Shown piece by piece: positions 58,893 to 64,000 of a DNA stretch of 64,000 nt. The DNA comes from Candidatus Bathyarchaeota archaeon (GTDB lineage Archaea > Thermoproteota > Bathyarchaeia > Bathyarchaeales > Bathycorpusculaceae). Position 1 is the stretch's first letter. The number at the start of each line of letters is the position of its first letter. Location of the stretch: contig OY970176.1 in NCBI GenBank assembly GCA_963707955.1, positions 1,472,001 through 1,536,000 of the forward strand, given 5' to 3'. A program made the position numbers and the translations under genes. The notes under the pieces are model-generated. The model did not search any database, was not told the DNA's origin, and saw only the letters and a list, made by a program, of their open reading frames with translations.

Positions 58893-59534
58893 GCTGCCTC
58901 CACTCTAACCTTGATCTGTCCATTTTTCAGAAATATCGTGTTGACAAACGCCTTTAACTTTCAAACTCAAGTCTTCATTTTGGATGACGAATCTTACTTT
59001 CACCCGCCGAAACCGAAAGGTTCGCACGCGCTGTATCGTAGTAGCAATCATTTGTTCCTAGGTTTGTTGCTGCGAAGTGGCAGTCGCGAAACTTTAAGAG
59101 AAATATCAGCCATATCATCTCGGATAAGGTGGTGAGAACTATTCCAAGTGAAATGGATACGATTCGAAAAAGGCTAGGCGAGTTAGAAGAAAGGATAAGT
59201 AAGATTGATAGACTCGACAAGTTGGAAGCGCGCGTGAGATCTCTGGAAGAGAAATTACAGAAGAAACAATAGATGCGCTGAAAGGTTGATCTGGGCAGAA
59301 AACAGAATTCATGAAGTTCGCTAGTACTCTGCGACCCACATCAGAAGTTTGTAGGAAACCTGACCATTCGGCCCGGCTTTAATGTTTTTTAGGAGGTCAT
59401 CTGCATTTCCGGAAGACCTTGCAGGATTTGCTGGCCAACTCTTTACGGGAGGCTCTCTGGAAGTATGTTCCCATCGGGTTGCAGTCACAACGTTTTAAAA
59501 CTCGGGCGCATCGCGCTATCATCGGTGTTCTGTT

Positions 59535-60410
59535 ATGTCACCCGGTGAAGGAATAGGGAAGATTACGAGCAACCCGTTTACGACAGATGGGAAAGTCCTT
59601 CTAAGCAAAGTTGCGGCGACTGGAAACCTGAAGGAGGTCATCCTTAAAGCTGTTGATTTGATTGGCGGTTTCAACAAGGCCATTGACAAGGGCGACCAAG
59701 TCCTGCTGAAACCCAATTTTAACAGCACCGATTCTCCGCCCGCTTCAAGCGACCCGCAATTTCTCAAGGCGATAGTTGAGTTGCTATTTGAGCATGGTGC
59801 TGGGAGAGTTATGGTTGGAGAATCTTCTTGGCAAGCACTGTCCACGAGAAAGGCGCTGGAACGAACTGGGACACTTGCCACGCTTAAAAACTCAGGTGCA
59901 GAGATAGCGTTTTTCGATGAAGAAAAATACGTCAAAGTCAACGTCGGCGGAGAATACTTGAAAAGCGTCAGCTTATCAGAGAAGGCCATGCGGGTTGACA
60001 AGATAGTTTATTCCTGCTGCATGAAGACACATTTCCGCGCTGACTTCTCCTTAAGCTTGAAATTGGCCTTCGGGTTCACAAAGAAGAGCGAAAGGAACGG
60101 ATTTCACATCAGGCATCTGAAAGAGAAACTTATCGATCTAAACCTAGTCGTGCATCCGAACCTGATAATCATGGACGGAAGAAAATGTTTCATAACCGGA
60201 GGACCATTCAGCGGCGAGGTGCGGAACCCAAACGTTATTCTTGCTTCCGGAGACCGAGTAGCCATAGACGTTGAATCCATCAAAGTTCTTGAAAGTTTCG
60301 AAGGTTCCAAACTGAAAAACAACCCTTGGAGCTATACTCAGATCCGCCGCGCAACCGCCCTCGGACTTGGAGTAAAAAACGAAGATGAATACACGGTTGT
60401 TTCCAACTGA
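59535..60410 (+). CDS. DUF362 family protein
   Basis: VLLKPN, VGES, MKTH, GDRVAID. Confidence 0.85.
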   Translation: MSPGEGIGKITSNPFTTDGKVLLSKVAATGNLKEVILKAVDLIGGFNKAIDKGDQVLLKPNFNSTDSPPASSDPQFLKAIVELLFEHGAGRVMVGESSWQALSTRKALERTGTLATLKNSGAEIAFFDEEKYVKVNVGGEYLKSVSLSEKAMRVDKIVYSCCMKTHFRADFSLSLKLAFGFTKKSERNGFHIRHLKEKLIDLNLVVHPNLIIMDGRKCFITGGPFSGEVRNPNVILASGDRVAIDVESIKVLESFEGSKLKNNPWSYTQIRRATALGLGVKNEDEYTVVSN

Positions 60411-60432
60411 CATCAAATCAAAAGTGCACGCA

Positions 60433-60789
60433 TCATCTCGCCTCTGATTTTCTAATTTCTTTTATCGCATGCTGTACCGTGTGTACCGCTACTGCAATTA
60501 CAAAACCTAATGAACCTCCTAATGCGAAGTTCAAGAACACTGTTTCCAGAACAAAGGATACACATATGAAAATAGCGAACAGCAAGGAGACAGTTGACCA
60601 TAAGAAAACCCACATTTTCTGTGAAACCCATTTTCCTCGAGTAATGCCAACCAGAAACAGACAACCAAAGACAACGCAGAACCCGATCAAAAAATCGGCG
60701 AGGTTTAACATCCTCAGGCAATCACTCACACACGTTCTTATGTCTTGCTGGTCTGGTTGATGCGTGCCTATTTGTTTCTGTAGTGACAC
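60433..60789 (-). CDS. small membrane protein (start probably near 60711)
   Basis: Three hydrophobic segments. Confidence 0.45.
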   Translation of the reverse strand: MSLQKQIGTHQPDQQDIRTCVSDCLRMLNLADFLIGFCVVFGCLFLVGITRGKWVSQKMWVFLWSTVSLLFAIFICVSFVLETVFLNFALGGSLGFVIAVAVHTVQHAIKEIRKSEAR

Positions 60790-61208
60790 GTTTTGCAGAT
60801 GCCGTAGATGTCCAATCGTTGCCCCCTATGCGTGAATTCGGCCGTAGCAGTGATTCTTGCAATCATATCCCGCGCGGCAGGATCGTCCAAATCCCTGATG
60901 CTGCCACATCTCAAGCAAACCAGATTTATGTGAGGCTCAACATAGGAATCAAACCTTGCCTGCCCTTCTGGAAAACCTAGTTCCTGTATCAGGCCGAGTT
61001 TCGTCAGCATCTGAAGTGTCTTATAAACCGTCGAAAGGCTGACCGTGGGGTGAAATTCCCTGACTTCATCATAGATTTTCTGCGCAGTTGGGTGATTTCG
61101 ATTGTTGAGTATCAATCGGCAAATGGCTATTCGCTGCGGAGTCGCCTTGAATCCTCGTTTGCGCAGAGCTTCAATTATCGATGTCTCTGATTTCTTGGAG
61201 CAACTCAT
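60768..61208 (-). CDS. Fur/PerR family regulator
   Basis: TPQRIAI, HPTA, SLSTVYKTL, H-NLVCLRCG, CKTC; divergent from catalase. Confidence 0.9.
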   Translation of the reverse strand: MSCSKKSETSIIEALRKRGFKATPQRIAICRLILNNRNHPTAQKIYDEVREFHPTVSLSTVYKTLQMLTKLGLIQELGFPEGQARFDSYVEPHINLVCLRCGSIRDLDDPAARDMIARITATAEFTHRGQRLDIYGICKTCHYRNK

Positions 61209-61213
61209 AGTTT

Positions 61214-61242
61214 TTATTAGATAATAATAAGTCTTAAATAAA
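61214..61242. promoter_or_regulatory. candidate Fur/Per box in the divergent promoter
   Basis: AT-rich TTAGATAATAATAAGTCTTAA with GATAAT hexamer between perR and catalase. Confidence 0.4.
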
Positions 61243-61301
61243 CCTTTAAGCCCTTCAGATGCAGAGACGTTACACAACAACAGAAAGGAGGTGTACTTGT
61301 T

Positions 61302-62750
61302 ATGAAAGATAAACATCTTACAACGAATCAGGGTGTTCCCGTTTCCGACAACCAGAATTCACTCACAGCCGGCGAACGCGGACCCGTGCTGCTGCAGGAC
61401 GTGCACTTGATCGAGAAACTCGCACACTTCGACCGTGAACGCATCCCCGAGCGTGTGGTCCACGCGAAGGGTGCTGGTGCCCACGGATATTTCCAAGTTT
61501 ACAAGAGCATGGCAAAATACACCTGCGCAAGATTCCTTCAAGACCCTAAGAAGAAGACGCCTGTCTTCGTCCGTTTCTCAACAGTTGTCGGCTCACGAGG
61601 GTCCGCAGACACAGCACGCGATCCCAGGGGCTTTGCAGTGAAGTTTTACACCGAAGACGGCAACTATGACTTGGTAGGCAATAACTTGCCAGTTTTCTTC
61701 ATACGAGACGCCATCAAATTCCCTGACATGGTGCACTCCTTCAAACCTGACCCTGACACTGGCTACCCCGCAAGCTCGTCAGCAAACAGTCGCTTCTGGG
61801 ATTTCATCTCACTGACTCCTGAATCGACTCACATGATTACCTGGCTCTTTTCAGATCGAGGAACAGTGAAGAGTTACAGGAAGATGGAAGGATTTGGCGT
61901 CAATACGTACAAGTGGGTGAACGCCAAGGGCAAAGCAGTCTACGTTAAGTATCATTGGAAGCCAAAAGCAGGAATAGAGACTATTGACCGCCATGAGGCT
62001 AATCGCTTGGCAGGTGAGGATCCTGACATTGCCACTCGCGACTTGCACGAAACCATTGCCTCAGGGAAGACAGCAGAGTATGAATTGTGCGTTCAGATCA
62101 TGGAGATCGCTGATGAGTTGAAGCAGGACTTCGACCCGCTTGATGCCACAAAAACTTGGCCCGAAGACAAGTTCCCCCTTATGCCCGTAGGCAAGATGGT
62201 GCTGAACCGCAATCCTGAAAACTTCTTTGCTGAAACGGAGCAAGCTGCTTTCTGCCCGGCCTCTATCGTTCCGGGAATCGATTTCTCCGCTGACAAGCTC
62301 TTGCAGGGCAGAATCTTCTCTTACGCAGACACACAGAGGCATCGGTTGGGTGCAAATTATCTGGAACTTCCAATAAATCGGCCTCAGGCACCTGTCAACA
62401 ACAACCAGCGCGACGGAGCGATGCAGTACGCGCCGTACGGTGGAGGAACAGTCAACTATGAACCTAACACGCTGGCGGGCGGAATGCCAAATGAGGCACC
62501 GGCCACCGTCGCGACTCACGACAATCTCAAAGGCAACATCGGACGCCAGAAAATCAGTTTGACCAACGACTTCAAGCAAGCAGGCCAACGCTATCGCTCA
62601 CTCAGCAAACTGGATCAGAACCACTTAATTGATAACATCGTTGATTCGCTGGGAAAGGCAGACAAGCCGATTCAGCAACGTATGGTCAACAATCTTGCGA
62701 AAGCTGATCCTGAGCTTGGCAAACGCGTGGCAGAAGGCCTGAAACTCTAG
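61302..62750 (+). CDS. monofunctional heme catalase (small subunit)
   Basis: FDRERIPERVVHAKG, RFSTV, VGNN, QGRIFSYADT; strong GGAGGTG RBS. Confidence 0.96.
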   Translation: MKDKHLTTNQGVPVSDNQNSLTAGERGPVLLQDVHLIEKLAHFDRERIPERVVHAKGAGAHGYFQVYKSMAKYTCARFLQDPKKKTPVFVRFSTVVGSRGSADTARDPRGFAVKFYTEDGNYDLVGNNLPVFFIRDAIKFPDMVHSFKPDPDTGYPASSSANSRFWDFISLTPESTHMITWLFSDRGTVKSYRKMEGFGVNTYKWVNAKGKAVYVKYHWKPKAGIETIDRHEANRLAGEDPDIATRDLHETIASGKTAEYELCVQIMEIADELKQDFDPLDATKTWPEDKFPLMPVGKMVLNRNPENFFAETEQAAFCPASIVPGIDFSADKLLQGRIFSYADTQRHRLGANYLELPINRPQAPVNNNQRDGAMQYAPYGGGTVNYEPNTLAGGMPNEAPATVATHDNLKGNIGRQKISLTNDFKQAGQRYRSLSKLDQNHLIDNIVDSLGKADKPIQQRMVNNLAKADPELGKRVAEGLKL

Positions 62751-62846
62751 AACGGGCTCATAGCACCCCTTTTTTCCAAGTTTTGACCTGCTTTGACCGC
62801 ATTCTCTACAACTCTGAAGCGTCCTTTGGCCACTGCTTGTTTGACT

Positions 62847-62875
62847 GCTTAGCGCGAGCGCGCTAAGCGCGCGCC
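62847..62875. repeat. GC palindrome cluster
   Basis: GCTTAGCGCG-AG-CGCGCTAAGC 10-bp inverted repeat overlapping AGCGCGCGCC; member of a dispersed intergenic motif family. Confidence 0.7.
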
Positions 62876-62931
62876 GAGTACCAAAAGGTATAAATCAACC
62901 GGCGCTCGCTCGGTTGGGAAGATGACCAAGC

Positions 62932-63201
62932 TTGCCAAGACTTCTCGCCTTCATAGACATCTTCGTAGAATCAGCAGAAATGGACAGTGTAGTGGCATCT
63001 CTTTCCAAGCTTGAAAATCTCGAAGAACTTTTCGAAGTTACGGGCGAGTTTGACATTGTGACTCTGTTTTCAGCGTCTGACATTGAGGAGTTCAGGGACA
63101 TTCTCAAGAACAGGGTGATGAAGATCAAAGGTGTTAAGAGCACCGTGAGCTCCATCATTCTTAAGACCCACAAAGGACCTCGCGCCCGGACACGCCAGTA
63201 G
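62932..63201 (+). CDS. stand-alone Lrp/AsnC ligand-binding domain protein
   Basis: FEVTGEFDIV, IKGVKST. Confidence 0.85.
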   Translation: MPRLLAFIDIFVESAEMDSVVASLSKLENLEELFEVTGEFDIVTLFSASDIEEFRDILKNRVMKIKGVKSTVSSIILKTHKGPRARTRQ

Positions 63202-63626
63202 GCGGGACCGGGCTAAAGTATTTTGGTGGAGGGGGCAAGCCATAGCCGAAAGAGGTTTTGCAAAATTTGATCGATGCCATTCAAGTCCTGTGTGTAGATT
63301 TGTTTCTCGACAACGGGACCATGAGTCCTGAGGTACTTGTCCACGCGCAGCAGCTCTGCCTCAAAAGGCGCAGGGCCAGAGGCCTCGAACGCATAACCAT
63401 ACATGCTCTGCTGTCTATAATCGCAATGCTCTTCACAGCGCTTGTAGCGTTAAGGCTGAACAGGCTGGAAAAGGCTAGATGCATCACCATGCTCGCAAGA
63501 TAACGGAAATTGACAGAAAGAAATCGATTTAGCAACAGGCTGGCGCGCGCGCTAACATTCTTTAACCTCGATCCAGAATTGTGATGTCCCAAAAACTTTT
63601 ATACGATAGTTTATAGTCCTTGTAAA

Positions 63627-64000
63627 ATGATGCCAACTGTAAGAGATTTTATGGCCACGAATGTCATCACAATTGATGTTCAGGGGACCGTGCTTGAGGC
63701 TGCAAAGCTAATGCACCAACAAGATGTAGGTGATCTCGTAGTAATGGAGGGCAATGTCGCAAAGGGAATAGTTACTGAAAGAGACTTAGTTAGAAGGGTA
63801 ATGGCACAGAAAAAACCGCTTGATACTAAAGTCTCTGAGGTAATGTCTGATCCGCTTATAACAATCGAGGAGGAAGCCTCAATCAGAGATGCTGCGAGGA
63901 AAATGGTCAAGTACAAAATAAGGCGGTTTCCCGTTACGAAGAAAGATGTGTTGGTCGGTATAATAGCCACTTCCGATTTTGCTAGGCACCTTAGCAAAAA
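63627..64000 (+). CDS. CBS-domain protein, 3'-truncated by window edge (absent from the ORF track)
   Basis: Manual translation MMPTVRDFMATNVITID...GIVTERDLV...VSEVMSDPLITI...IRRFPV. Confidence 0.88.
   Translation, partial: MMPTVRDFMATNVITIDVQGTVLEAAKLMHQQDVGDLVVMEGNVAKGIVTERDLVRRVMAQKKPLDTKVSEVMSDPLITIEEEASIRDAARKMVKYKIRRFPVTKKDVLVGIIATSDFARHLSK

Noticed and set aside
59129-59272. Short coiled-coil ORF (MDTIRKRLGELEERISK...)
   Set aside because: Under 50 codons and no family recognised; may be a gene remnant but cannot be supported.
63213-63592. Overlapping short ORFs on both strands
   Set aside because: No motifs or consistent coding signal.

Overview
Archaeal chromosomal window, most consistent with Bathyarchaeia or another TACK lineage (inferred from gene content and order and a tRNA with a non-canonical intron; not proven). 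Most of it is housekeeping: a 2-oxoacid:ferredoxin oxidoreductase operon, the SRP54-Pus10-L21e-RpoF-DUF655-KsgA-HemK cluster, acetate permease plus acetyl-CoA synthetase, AsnRS, GlyRS, EndA, lipid and sugar genes, and two ribosomal/translation superoperons. Two accessory regions stand out. (1) A 2.75-kb element with no transposase (6071-8816) is inserted in the 3' end of a GNAT gene. It has an 8-9 bp target-site duplication and ~50-bp imperfect terminal inverted repeats, and carries a VapBC toxin-antitoxin pair, an orphan cas6 with one in-frame TAG, and three solitary CRISPR-repeat-like sequences, one of them in the cas6 leader. (2) A tRNA-Arg(CCT) integration hotspot has two degenerate copies of the tRNA 3' end; its first islet carries a heliorhodopsin, a DUF3227/NitrOD5-like protein and a stand-alone response regulator. 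A PerR/Fur-catalase module lies further downstream. A dispersed intergenic palindrome AGCGCGCGCT, candidate C/D-box sRNAs and three apparent frameshifts in conserved genes were also seen. All calls come from reading the sequence and motif recognition; no searches were run.
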